From Candidatus Sulfotelmatobacter sp. (GTDB taxonomy: Bacteria > Acidobacteriota > Terriglobia > Terriglobales > Acidobacteriaceae), in the NCBI GenBank assembly GCA_049673585.1, contig JBATXV010000011.1:2547-66546 (forward strand): 64,000 nucleotides of DNA. Reading direction: 5' to 3'. Numbering within the stretch: position 1 is the stretch's first letter; each line of letters starts with the position of its first letter. Positions 36,231 through 44,926 of this stretch are shown here, piece by piece. The notes under the pieces are model-generated. The model was not told the DNA's origin. It saw only the letters and a program-made list of their open reading frames with translations, and did no database searches. The translations under genes and the position numbers were made by a program.

Positions 36231-36770
36231 CTACGCGCGCGCGCCGACTGCCGCGGGCTCGGGCATGGCGACGCTCTTATCCTCGCCGTTGGCCTTCTGC
36301 GTGGGCTGGCCGCCCTTGCGAATGTCGATGCCGCCCTTGAAGTAGGCGCCGTCTTCAATGGAGATGCGTGCTGCTACTACGTCGCCGGTGAGCGAGCCGT
36401 CGCTGCGGATATCCACGCGGTCGCTGGCGGTCAGGTTGCCGCGGACCTTGCCCAGCACGACGATTTCGCGGGCATTGATGTTGGCCGCGACTACGCCGTT
36501 GCGGCCGACGGTTACGCGATTGCCGGAAAGGTTGATCGAGCCTTCCACGCGGCCATCAATATAGAGAGATTCCGATCCTGTCACCTCGCCCTTGATCACC
36601 AGCGACTTGCCGATGGTTGCCTGGTCCGCAGTGGTGGTGGTCGCAACCGGACGCGGGCCAACGGCGGGCTCACTCGCCATCATGGCAGGGGCATTCGGGG
36701 TAGACGTAGTTGGACGCTCGGGCTCGGCTGGCCGTCCTGGGGTCTGAGGCTGATTCGTCGGCTTCCACAT
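36231..36770 (-). CDS. bactofilin-family cytoskeletal protein
   Basis: Beta-helical repeat core (IKGEVTGSESLYIDGRVEGSINL ... VLGKVRGNL ... GSLTGDV) and a Pro-rich N-terminus. The start is at MWKPTNQ. Confidence 0.85.
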   Translation of the reverse strand: MWKPTNQPQTPGRPAEPERPTTSTPNAPAMMASEPAVGPRPVATTTTADQATIGKSLVIKGEVTGSESLYIDGRVEGSINLSGNRVTVGRNGVVAANINAREIVVLGKVRGNLTASDRVDIRSDGSLTGDVVAARISIEDGAYFKGGIDIRKGGQPTQKANGEDKSVAMPEPAAVGARA

Positions 36771-37088
36771 GGATGAAAAGTTCCTTTCCTGGTTGGGATT
36801 AGAGGTCCTGTGCCGCACTTGCGTGACCAAACCGAATTGTACTCCGTCGTCTCAAAATGAGCGCTGTGGAAAAGCCTTTATTTTCAATAGAGTTTCCTAC
36901 CTTGGTTCTTAATTGGGATCTTCCCAAAGTTGGACGCTGGATCGTCTGACTCCTCCCTTTCTACCCGGCTGCCGTGTAACGATTGCCGAAAATATATCGC
37001 ATGGAGTTCAGTTCCACAGCCTCTCGGAGTATGCTGTTGCATCGAAGATTTGTCGAAAGTGCAAGCCAGCCTCGCAGGAGCAAAAGCC

Positions 37089-37649
37089 ATGTTGGAACCA
37101 GCCGTGATTACCCCTTCAACCTTCACTGTTGCCCGGCCGCAGGCGGGTGAATATGCGCCCTATTACGAGCGCTACATTTCTCTGGTGCAGGGCGACGACA
37201 TTCTCAATACGCTCGACCAGCAGCGCCGCGAAACGATGCTGCTGCTCTCCTGCCGCGATGAGGAAGACGGCAACTTCCGCTATGCACCGGAGAAATGGAG
37301 CGCGAAGGAAGTTCTGGGCCATGTCTGCGACACGGAGCGCATCTTCGCCTATCGTGCGCTGCGCATCGCACGGGCTGACGCTACGCCGCTCGAGGGCTTT
37401 GAGCAGGATGATTATGTCCGCAATGGTGGGTTCGCGGAACGTCCGATCGGCGATCTGGTCGAGGAGTTCATCGCGGTGCGCCGCGCGACGATCTCACTGT
37501 TTCGCAATCTCGATGAAGCAGCCTGGGTGCTGCGTGGTCTCGCCAACAAGAATGAAATGAGCGTGCGCGCTCTGGCATACATTATCGCGGGACATGAGTT
37601 GCATCACCGCAGGATTCTGGAAGAGAAGTACTTCGCGGCGAGCCGTTGA
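37089..37649 (+). CDS. DinB-family (DinB_2/YfiT-like) protein
   Basis: 186 aa from MLEPAVI, with a His triad pattern (GHVCDTERIF ... AGHELHHRRIL). Confidence 0.8.
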   Translation: MLEPAVITPSTFTVARPQAGEYAPYYERYISLVQGDDILNTLDQQRRETMLLLSCRDEEDGNFRYAPEKWSAKEVLGHVCDTERIFAYRALRIARADATPLEGFEQDDYVRNGGFAERPIGDLVEEFIAVRRATISLFRNLDEAAWVLRGLANKNEMSVRALAYIIAGHELHHRRILEEKYFAASR

Positions 37650-37659
37650 TTCGGATCGA

Positions 37660-38163
37660 ATGTCCTCACGCGCACTGACTGAACTGCTGTACGGCAAGGG
37701 CGCTCACGCGAATCCTCTTGCCTGCGTCGAGGATCTTTCTGCCGAATTGGCCGCGCGTTCGGTCGCGGGCTTTCCGCACTCCATCGGACAACTTGTCTCC
37801 CACATGAATTACTGGATGGAGTATGAGGTGCGCCGCATTCGCGGCGAGCGGCCGGGGTATCCGGAGCATTCCTCCGAGAGCTTTCCGCCTGCTCCGTCGC
37901 CCACCGATGCGCAGGATTGGGATCGGCTGCGCAAACGCTTCGCCGGTCTGCTCGCTGATTTCATTGCGCTGTCGAAATCTTCTCCTAAGGAAATGCAGCG
38001 CCAGATTGAGACCATGCACGAGGGCGACACGAAGCTAGCGGGAACGCTTGAGGCGGTGCTGTGGCAGATGGTCGCGCACAACAGTTATCACACTGGCCAG
38101 ATCGCGATGATCCGGCGCGCGCTCGGCGCCTGGCCGCCGCGCGGCGGCGGAGATACATGGTAG
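37660..38163 (+). CDS. DinB-family protein
   Basis: 167 aa from MSSRALTELLYGKG, with HMNYW ... VAHNSYHTGQI. Confidence 0.75.
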   Translation: MSSRALTELLYGKGAHANPLACVEDLSAELAARSVAGFPHSIGQLVSHMNYWMEYEVRRIRGERPGYPEHSSESFPPAPSPTDAQDWDRLRKRFAGLLADFIALSKSSPKEMQRQIETMHEGDTKLAGTLEAVLWQMVAHNSYHTGQIAMIRRALGAWPPRGGGDTW

Positions 38164-38243
38164 AAGCGAAAGGTGGACAGACGTCCCCTGCACTGCCTCA
38201 AGTCCTTCGGTTATCCTAAAAGCTGATAGCTGACAGCTTCTGC

Positions 38244-40880
38244 ATGCTTTCCGACTCGACCATCCTGAAACATATTGCCCGACAGCCCAAGCGCGCCGCC
38301 GGATTCAAGCAACTGGTTCGCGAACTCGGCCTGCACGGCGACGCCCGCGGAGAACTGGACGGGCATCTTGAGAAGCTGGTCGCCGCTGGTGAGCTGGTTC
38401 AGCTCAACTCTGACCGCTACGGCCTGCCCCAACCCGCGGCCGATAAGAATCTCGTTGTCGGACGCCTCAGCATGCATCGCGACGGCTTCGGCTTCGTCAT
38501 CCCCGACCCGAGTTCGCTGAGTGCTTCGCTTAAATCGCGGCTGGCTGGAGATATCTTCATTGCGCCCCACGCCATCGGCAACGCCATGCACGGCGATCGC
38601 GTGCTGGTCGATGTCACGGCGGTTCGTCCCGATGGTCGAGCTGAAGGCCGCATCGTGCGGCCGGTGGTGCGCGCTCATCCCACCGTCGTAGGAATTTTTC
38701 ACTACGGTAGTCACCACAACTTTGTGAAGCCGATCGACAGCAAGATCACACAGGACATCGTGATTCCGACGGGGATGGAGTATCCCGAAGTTGTAGCGCC
38801 GCCGTCGACGGCGGCTCCCGCAAAAGCCGGCGGGGCCCTTCGATCGCGCTCAGGGCAGACGCCGGCCCTACAGAGGCCGGCCCTGCGAAAATCTGCCGAC
38901 CGCGTTCTGGGCGACGAAGCCGCTCGCAGCTTGGAATGGAATGACCTCGAAGGCGTGGTGGTTGACGTTGAGATCACGGACTGGCCCACGCCCACGCAAC
39001 ATCCGCGGGGCCGCGTCGTTGAGATTCTGGGCCGGCAGGACGACTTCGGGGTCGATGTTGAAATCACCATCCGCAAGTTTCATCTGCCACACCACTTTCC
39101 TGCGGCAACTCTGGAAGAGGCGCAGGACATTTCACCTGTTATCCCGGTAACGGAGTTGCGCCACCGGCGGGACTTTCGCAACCTTCCGATCGTTACCATC
39201 GACGGGGAAACGGCGCGCGACTTCGATGATGCCGTAACCGTGCGGCGTCTTGCGGACGGCAATTTCGAGTTGCAAGTTCATATTGCCGACGTCGCACAAT
39301 ACGTCACGCCCGAATCCGCGCTCGACCAGGAAGCGCGGCTGCGCGGCACCAGCGTTTATTTTCCCGATCGTGCCGTTCCCATGCTCCCGCTTGAACTCTC
39401 GACTGACATTTGCAGTCTGCGTCCGCAGGTCGAGCGCCTCGTGCTGTCGTGCGTGATGTGGATCGACTCCCACGGCGAAATTGTTGGGTATGAACTCAGT
39501 GAAGGCGTGATCCGTTCGGCAGAGCGTATGACTTACACCACCGTGAACGCGGTGCTCGAAGGCGACGCGGCGGCACGCGAGCGTTACGCAAAACTTGTGT
39601 CCACCTTTGAACTCATGCGCGATCTCGCGATGATCCTCACCCGCAAACGCCAGCGTCGCGGATCGATTGATTTCGACTTGCCCGAGCCAGTCATCGAATT
39701 CGACGAATTTGGACTGATGAAAAGCATCACACGCTCCGAGCGCAACATCGCCCACCGTCTGATCGAAGAGTTCATGCTCTCCGCCAACGAGTGCGTCGCC
39801 CACTATCTTGAATCGAAACACGTCGCGTCTTTATATCGAATTCACGAAAAGCCGGATGCCAAGCGCGTCTATGACTTCGAAGTGATTGCTGCGACGTTCG
39901 GATATTCGCTCGGAGTGGGCCCGTTGCCCATTCACCGCGTACAGGTCAAGACCGACCGGAGGGCCGCGCGCGGCACCGGCAAGCAGGTGCACCAGATTGA
40001 AATACCCAAAGACGTGCACATCACTCCGCGCATGTACCAAAAGCTGGCCGCCAAGATCGCCGGGAAACCGGAGGAACGCATCCTGAGCTACCTGATGCTG
40101 CGGTCGCTTAAGCAGGCGCGCTATTCGGAAGAAAACCTGGGCCACTTCGCGCTGGCGGCGACCAGTTACACGCACTTCACGTCGCCGATCCGCCGCTACC
40201 CTGACCTGATTGTGCATCGCATCTTGAAAGATGTGCTGCGCGAATCACCCGAGAAGTGGGACGGGGACGTACCTGTAGGAGTTTCGCCTGCGCTCAATAG
40301 TAGCGCCGGCGTCCCGGCGGCTCATTTGCGAGACGAAGGCCACTCTGATTCGGCGCCGGCGAGCCGGCGAGACGCCGGCGCTGCACCCTGGTCAAAACGC
40401 CGCGATCGAGGCGTGCACCCAGAAGCGATCCAACCGCTGGGCGGCCCAATCAAAGTCGAGGAGTTGCACGAGATCGCCGAAGAGTCGAGCCAATCCGAGC
40501 GCCGAGCCGACGATGCTGAGCGCGAGTTGATGGAGTGGAAGAAGGTCAAGTTCATGCAGGATCGCATCGGGGAGGACTTCGACGGTCTGATCACCAGCGT
40601 CACCAAGTTTGGCTTCTTCGTCGAACTCACCGATTTGTTTGTCGAAGGCCTGGTGCCGCTGAACACGCTTACCGATGACTTCTACACCTACCACGAGAAC
40701 ACGCGGCAGATTATCGGCCAGCGTTCACGCAAGACTTACAGCCTGGGGCAAAGGATTCGCGTTCTGGTCGACCGCATCGACCCGGTTGAAAAGAAAATCC
40801 AGTTTGCCGTCGTGGAAGAAGCCCCGCGCCGGCCTGTGCCCAGAGCCTCCGCCCGCAAAGCGAAACGCAAGCCAAGGTAG
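38244..40880 (+). CDS. rnr: ribonuclease R, with two internal low-complexity insertions
   Basis: N-terminal HTH/CSD region, RNB motifs (TIDGETARDFDDAV, HFTSPIRRYPDLIVHR), an S1 domain (GLITSVTKFGFFVEL) and a basic tail. Confidence 0.93.
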   Translation: MLSDSTILKHIARQPKRAAGFKQLVRELGLHGDARGELDGHLEKLVAAGELVQLNSDRYGLPQPAADKNLVVGRLSMHRDGFGFVIPDPSSLSASLKSRLAGDIFIAPHAIGNAMHGDRVLVDVTAVRPDGRAEGRIVRPVVRAHPTVVGIFHYGSHHNFVKPIDSKITQDIVIPTGMEYPEVVAPPSTAAPAKAGGALRSRSGQTPALQRPALRKSADRVLGDEAARSLEWNDLEGVVVDVEITDWPTPTQHPRGRVVEILGRQDDFGVDVEITIRKFHLPHHFPAATLEEAQDISPVIPVTELRHRRDFRNLPIVTIDGETARDFDDAVTVRRLADGNFELQVHIADVAQYVTPESALDQEARLRGTSVYFPDRAVPMLPLELSTDICSLRPQVERLVLSCVMWIDSHGEIVGYELSEGVIRSAERMTYTTVNAVLEGDAAARERYAKLVSTFELMRDLAMILTRKRQRRGSIDFDLPEPVIEFDEFGLMKSITRSERNIAHRLIEEFMLSANECVAHYLESKHVASLYRIHEKPDAKRVYDFEVIAATFGYSLGVGPLPIHRVQVKTDRRAARGTGKQVHQIEIPKDVHITPRMYQKLAAKIAGKPEERILSYLMLRSLKQARYSEENLGHFALAATSYTHFTSPIRRYPDLIVHRILKDVLRESPEKWDGDVPVGVSPALNSSAGVPAAHLRDEGHSDSAPASRRDAGAAPWSKRRDRGVHPEAIQPLGGPIKVEELHEIAEESSQSERRADDAERELMEWKKVKFMQDRIGEDFDGLITSVTKFGFFVELTDLFVEGLVPLNTLTDDFYTYHENTRQIIGQRSRKTYSLGQRIRVLVDRIDPVEKKIQFAVVEEAPRRPVPRASARKAKRKPR

Positions 40881-40972
40881 CAATCAATTCAGGCGGAAAC
40901 CGTGTCGCTGGTGATAAACTTCTCTGGTAACCCCATCCGCTGTGAATGCGAAACAGCGGGTTCCATCCTTGT

Positions 40973-41049
40973 CGGGACGTGGCTCAGCCTGGTAGAGCAC
41001 TCGCTTGGGGTGCGAGGGGTCGGCAGTTCAAATCTGCCCGTCCCGACCA
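40973..41049 (+). tRNA. tRNA-Pro (anticodon GGG)
   Basis: Manual cloverleaf: acceptor CGGGACG/CGUCCCG, D arm GCUC/GAGC, anticodon stem CUCGC/GCGAG, loop UUGGGGU, T arm GGCAG-UUCAAAU-CUGCC, discriminator A, CCA encoded. 77 nt. Confidence 0.92.
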
Positions 41050-41130
41050 TTCTTCTGAGGTCCCTCGCAAACTGCGCTCGGGATTTCGCCAGCGGGCTCC
41101 CGCTTCGCTCACGCCCGCTAATCGGCTCAA

Positions 41131-41175
41131 CTTGGGGTGCGAGGGGTCGGCAGTTCAAATCTGCCCGTCCCGACC
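41131..41175 (+). repeat. exact 45-bp duplicate of the 3' half of tRNA-Pro (truncated pseudo-tRNA / att-like scar)
   Basis: Identical to 41004-41048, running from the anticodon loop to the acceptor 3' strand. There is no matching 5' acceptor strand upstream. Confidence 0.85.
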
Positions 41176-41375
41176 CTTCAACTTCTCGGCTTTCAATCGT
41201 CGCATTGACCGGCATGTCCTAATGAATCTCCGTGAACCAAGAAGAATACTTTGATCCCAAGTGCCTTTCTCAGACAATCGCAGAAAGCCGTCCTGGGGTC
41301 ACGCAGGCCGCAGCGCCGGTCTTGTCGCGTTCTTTTCAGGATGTCGTTGAGAGAAGTCCACATCGGGAGATTCTT

Positions 41376-41570
41376 ATGTCTGGGCAAGTGATTCTGTATT
41401 TCGACGATCAGGCCGACGCGCTGCGTTTCGCTTTGGCCGCGGGATCGGTGATGGCGGGCGATGACGCTCGCGCAACTGACGATCTGGTGCAGGAAACTAC
41501 ACGCGTCAGCCGCATCCGCCTAGACGCCGCGAACGCGGGAAAGAAGCCAACTCCAGAGCGCGCGGCGTGA
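41376..41570 (+). CDS. small hypothetical protein (64 aa)
   Basis: GGGAGA SD 5 nt before the ATG, and an acidic, Ala-rich product. No family recognised. Confidence 0.3.
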   Translation: MSGQVILYFDDQADALRFALAAGSVMAGDDARATDDLVQETTRVSRIRLDAANAGKKPTPERAA

Positions 41571-41696
41571 AGAAGATAGGCACACGCGGCTAGCTCAACG
41601 CAGGCCCGTGCGCCAAGGTCGTTTGTGTCCGAGCGTAACCGTCCTCTAATCACTTACAAAGTTCTTTCTCCGATTGCCGGGGGAGTGTCTGCCGAA

Positions 41697-42119
41697 TTAT
41701 CCCGTGCGCCGCGTGGAGAGTAGATTCAGGATCTCGCGCAGGCCTTGGCGGATGCGCTGTATTTCGGCGGAAGATTGCGCGGGGAATGGAATGGCGGCCT
41801 GTCCCTTATCCGTTTTCGTTTCAGAACGCAGTTGCTGGCGCGCGCCTACGATGGTGAAACCCTGTTCGTAGAGCAGTTGCTTGATGCGCAGGACACTTTC
41901 CACATCGCGGCGGCGGTACATGCGCTGGCCGGTGCTGCTTTTCACGGGCTTGAGTTGCGGGAACTCGCTTTCCCAGAATCGCAAAACGTAAGCCGGCAAA
42001 CGGCACAGGGTGGCCACTTCTCCGATGCGGAAATAGAGTTTGTCGGGAATGAAGATCTCATCCATCTTTTTGCCCGAGCTCTTTTTCCTGGCATTCATGT
42101 TCTTCGCAAGCACGCCCAT
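41697..42119 (-). CDS. MerR-family transcriptional regulator
   Basis: [27 protein letters not shown] ... [27 protein letters not shown]. Confidence 0.85.
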   Translation of the reverse strand: MGVLAKNMNARKKSSGKKMDEIFIPDKLYFRIGEVATLCRLPAYVLRFWESEFPQLKPVKSSTGQRMYRRRDVESVLRIKQLLYEQGFTIVGARQQLRSETKTDKGQAAIPFPAQSSAEIQRIRQGLREILNLLSTRRTG

Positions 42120-42297
42120 ACCCCACGTCGAACCCTGTGGTTCACAATTGTGACATACCCGGAGGAATCCTTATACGGAGAATTTTTGGAGACCGAGCAT
42201 CAGCGGATGAAACCCAGTGGACAGCGGTCTGGCCGGTTGGAGCCGGACCTAGCAGCGGAATTCCGAGGCTAAACGCTAATCGCAAATTACTAACTGC

Positions 42298-42340
42298 TGC
42301 AAAACAAAACGCCTCCCAGGAGGTGCTTCTCCTGAGAGGC
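42298..42340 (-). terminator. rho-independent terminator (minus strand)
   Basis: RNA GCCUCUCAGGAG-AAGCAC-CUCCUGGGAGGC (12 bp including one G.U) followed by GUUUUGUUUU. On the plus strand the wobble would be a C.A mismatch and there is no T-tract. Confidence 0.7.
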
Positions 42341-42383
42341 TGGTAAAACTCTTGGCCCGTGCGAAGTATCGTTTCGCAGACGG

Positions 42384-42425
42384 TTAGTGTTTCTTTTTTT
42401 TCTTGGCCTTTTTCTTCGTTGCCAT
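42384..42425 (-). CDS. candidate micro-ORF MATKKKAKKKKKH (13 aa)
   Basis: GGAGG (42433-42437), a 7-nt spacer, ATG and TAA, with the terminator 44 nt downstream. I cannot assess homology. Confidence 0.3.
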   Translation of the reverse strand: MATKKKAKKKKKH

Positions 42426-42657
42426 GAAGATTCCTCCGTGAACGATTTTCCCTTGCAAAGGATGTCAAACACCTGACACGTTTGCGAAACACCACCCAAC
42501 TCGTGGTACGGGCAGCGTCCTTAGCACAAGATATTGCGGCAGTATAAACACCGTGTCAACAGAATTGTGCACAGAGCGGAAGAATTTTCTAAGAGCGCAA
42601 GCTGACGCCGATCGACGCTCGACCATGAAGGCGCGCGATTCCGGTACACTGCGCCTC

Positions 42658-44268
42658 ATGCGGCGCGATCCCATCGAACTGGAAATCTTCAAGAACCTTT
42701 ACCACTCGATTGCCGAGGAGATGGGTGCGGCGCTACGCCGAACGGCGTTTTCCCCCAACATCAAAGAACGGCGTGATTATTCCTGCGCCGTGTTCGACAG
42801 TGCGGGGGAAGTGATTGCTATGGGCGACCACATGCCGGTGCATCTCGGTTCGATGCCAATGTCGGTGCGAGCGGCGATTGCGGCAGGCGGGATGACGACG
42901 GGAGACGTCGTCATGTTGAACGATCCCTTCCGTGGCGGAACCCACTTGCCGGATATCACGTTGGTTGCTCCAGTGTATGTGAGGCCGCGCCGCCGGCCGG
43001 GTCGAGCTTCACCTGATTTCTATGTTGCATCGCGGGCGCATCACGCGGACGTGGGCGGAGCGTATGCGGGGTCGATGGGCCTGTGCCGCGAGATTTACCA
43101 GGAGGGATTCCGCATCCCTCCGGTGAGGATCATGCGTGCAGGCGTGATGGAGCGCGATGTGCTGGCGCTGCTGCTGAACAATGTGCGCACGCCCGAGGAG
43201 CGCGAAGGCGACTTGGGCGCGCAGATCGCCGCGTGCCATACCGGCGCCGAGCGGTTGCAAGAGATTTGCTCACGCTATGGAATCGACCGCGCCCAGCGCG
43301 CGGCACAGGAACTACTGCAGTATTCGGAACAACTGATGCGCAGTTTTCTGCGGCAGGTGACTCCCGGTACCTATCGCGCGGAGGATTTTCTCGATAACGA
43401 CGGCATTAGTAACACGCCGGTAAAGATCGCTGTGACGTTAAGCGTAAAGGGCCGCGTCTCGGGTCCGGTGGTCACCGTCGATTTCACAGGAAGCGATCCC
43501 CAGGTCGAAGGAAGCATAAACGCAGTCGAGGCCATCACCTATTCTGCGTGCTTCTACGTTTTCCGTTGCCTGCTGGCCGATGATGTTCCGGCAACCGCAG
43601 GACTGATGCAACCCATCCGAGTGATTGCTCCGGAAGGCTCGGTTGTGAATGCGCGGCCCCCGGCGGCCGTCGCCGGAGGAAATGTCGAAACCTCGCAGCG
43701 CATCGTTGATGTTCTGCTGCGCGCGCTCGCACAGGCCATTCCAGGCCGCATTCCCGCAGCGGCTTCGGGAACCATGAACAATCTCACCATCGGTGGAGTC
43801 GATCCTCGTACCGGCCAGTCCTTTGCTTACTATGAGACGATCGCGGGCGGCATGGGCGCGCGTCCCGGCAAATCCGGCGTCTCCGGTGTGCATACACACA
43901 TGACGAATTCGTTGAATACTCCGGCCGAGGCACTGGAGTATGCCTACCCTTTGCGGGTTCACCGCTATTCACTTCGGTCGGGCAGTGGCGGAGCGGGGAA
44001 GCATCGCGGTGGCGACGGAATCGTCCGCGAGATTGAAGTGCTGACCGACTGCGAAGTCACGCTGCTTGCCGACCGGCGCACGCGTGGGCCGTGGGGACTT
44101 GCTGGTGGCGAGGCCGGCGCGCCGGGACAGACCAGTGTGATCCGCAGCAACGGCTCGGTCGAGGAGATGCCGGGCAAGTTCAGCGCACGGCTGCGAAAAG
44201 GCGAGCGGATCAGGATCGAATCACCCGGTGGTGGCGGCTGGGGAACGAGCCGATGTGAAATAACGTAA
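42658..44268 (+). CDS. hydantoinase B / oxoprolinase family protein
   Basis: DPIELEIFKNLYHSIAEEMG ... IKERRDYSCAVFD ... GGGGWG C-terminus. I chose the start at MRRDPIE; the longest ORF starts at 42553. Confidence 0.88.
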   Translation: MRRDPIELEIFKNLYHSIAEEMGAALRRTAFSPNIKERRDYSCAVFDSAGEVIAMGDHMPVHLGSMPMSVRAAIAAGGMTTGDVVMLNDPFRGGTHLPDITLVAPVYVRPRRRPGRASPDFYVASRAHHADVGGAYAGSMGLCREIYQEGFRIPPVRIMRAGVMERDVLALLLNNVRTPEEREGDLGAQIAACHTGAERLQEICSRYGIDRAQRAAQELLQYSEQLMRSFLRQVTPGTYRAEDFLDNDGISNTPVKIAVTLSVKGRVSGPVVTVDFTGSDPQVEGSINAVEAITYSACFYVFRCLLADDVPATAGLMQPIRVIAPEGSVVNARPPAAVAGGNVETSQRIVDVLLRALAQAIPGRIPAAASGTMNNLTIGGVDPRTGQSFAYYETIAGGMGARPGKSGVSGVHTHMTNSLNTPAEALEYAYPLRVHRYSLRSGSGGAGKHRGGDGIVREIEVLTDCEVTLLADRRTRGPWGLAGGEAGAPGQTSVIRSNGSVEEMPGKFSARLRKGERIRIESPGGGGWGTSRCEIT

Positions 44269-44283
44269 GACTCGGAGAGAAAG

Positions 44284-44844
44284 ATGACGCTTGATTTGGC
44301 AGCCCACTACATCGAAGAAGCCCGCCGCCAGATGCGCGGACACAAGCACCTGGCCGAGAGAGCGATGGTGCAACTCAAAGATGAAGACCTGTTTATCGCA
44401 CTCGATCTGGAATCGAATTCCGTCGCCGTCCTAGTGAAACACATAGCCGGCAATATGCGCTCGCGCTTCACTGACTTCCTCACGACTGACGGCGAGAAAC
44501 CGGATCGTTATCGTGACCAGGAATTTGAGGTCAATGCTGCGACCACGCGCGCTGACCTTATGAAGTTGTGGGAAGACGGCTGGGCGAGGGTGTTTGCGGC
44601 AATCGACTCGCTTAAGGCGGAAGATGTGATGCGAACTGTGACCATCCGCGGTGAACCGCACACCGTGCTGCAGGCCGTCAGCCGCCAGATAGCGCACTAC
44701 GCGCAGCATACCGGGCAGATCGTTTTCCTGGCCAAGCATCTGCGATCGAGCGAGTGGAAGACGTTAAGCATTCCCCGCGGCAAGTCGGAAGACTACAAAA
44801 CGGCTGCACCGAAATCCGACCGGGGATTGCCCCCGCCACGCTGA
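44284..44844 (+). CDS. DUF1572-type DinB-superfamily protein
   Basis: VKHIAGNMRSRFTDFLTTDGEKPDRYRDQEFE ... IAHYAQHTGQIVFL. Confidence 0.78.
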   Translation: MTLDLAAHYIEEARRQMRGHKHLAERAMVQLKDEDLFIALDLESNSVAVLVKHIAGNMRSRFTDFLTTDGEKPDRYRDQEFEVNAATTRADLMKLWEDGWARVFAAIDSLKAEDVMRTVTIRGEPHTVLQAVSRQIAHYAQHTGQIVFLAKHLRSSEWKTLSIPRGKSEDYKTAAPKSDRGLPPPR

Positions 44845-44926
44845 TGCGGCGGCGAAACCGCATCCGCCATTCAGGTGCTAAAATCGTACGTTTTCTGTCC
44901 GAGTCTGTATTCATAAGGCAGCTGTC

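Noticed and set aside
40889-41254. Three ORFs of about 100 aa overlapping tRNA-Pro and its duplicate
   Set aside because: The region is explained by a clean tRNA cloverleaf and its 45-bp repeat. These ORFs translate tRNA sequence.
42142-42499. 117-aa and 69-aa minus-strand ORFs over the micro-gene region
   Set aside because: They read through a strong intrinsic terminator, lack an SD, and have no motifs. The 13-codon ORF plus terminator is the more economical reading.
41176-42650. Integrated prophage or genomic island next to tRNA-Pro
   Set aside because: No integrase, excisionase-sized gene, phage or conjugation genes are present. Only the att-like duplicate and a few small genes remain, so at most this is a remnant.
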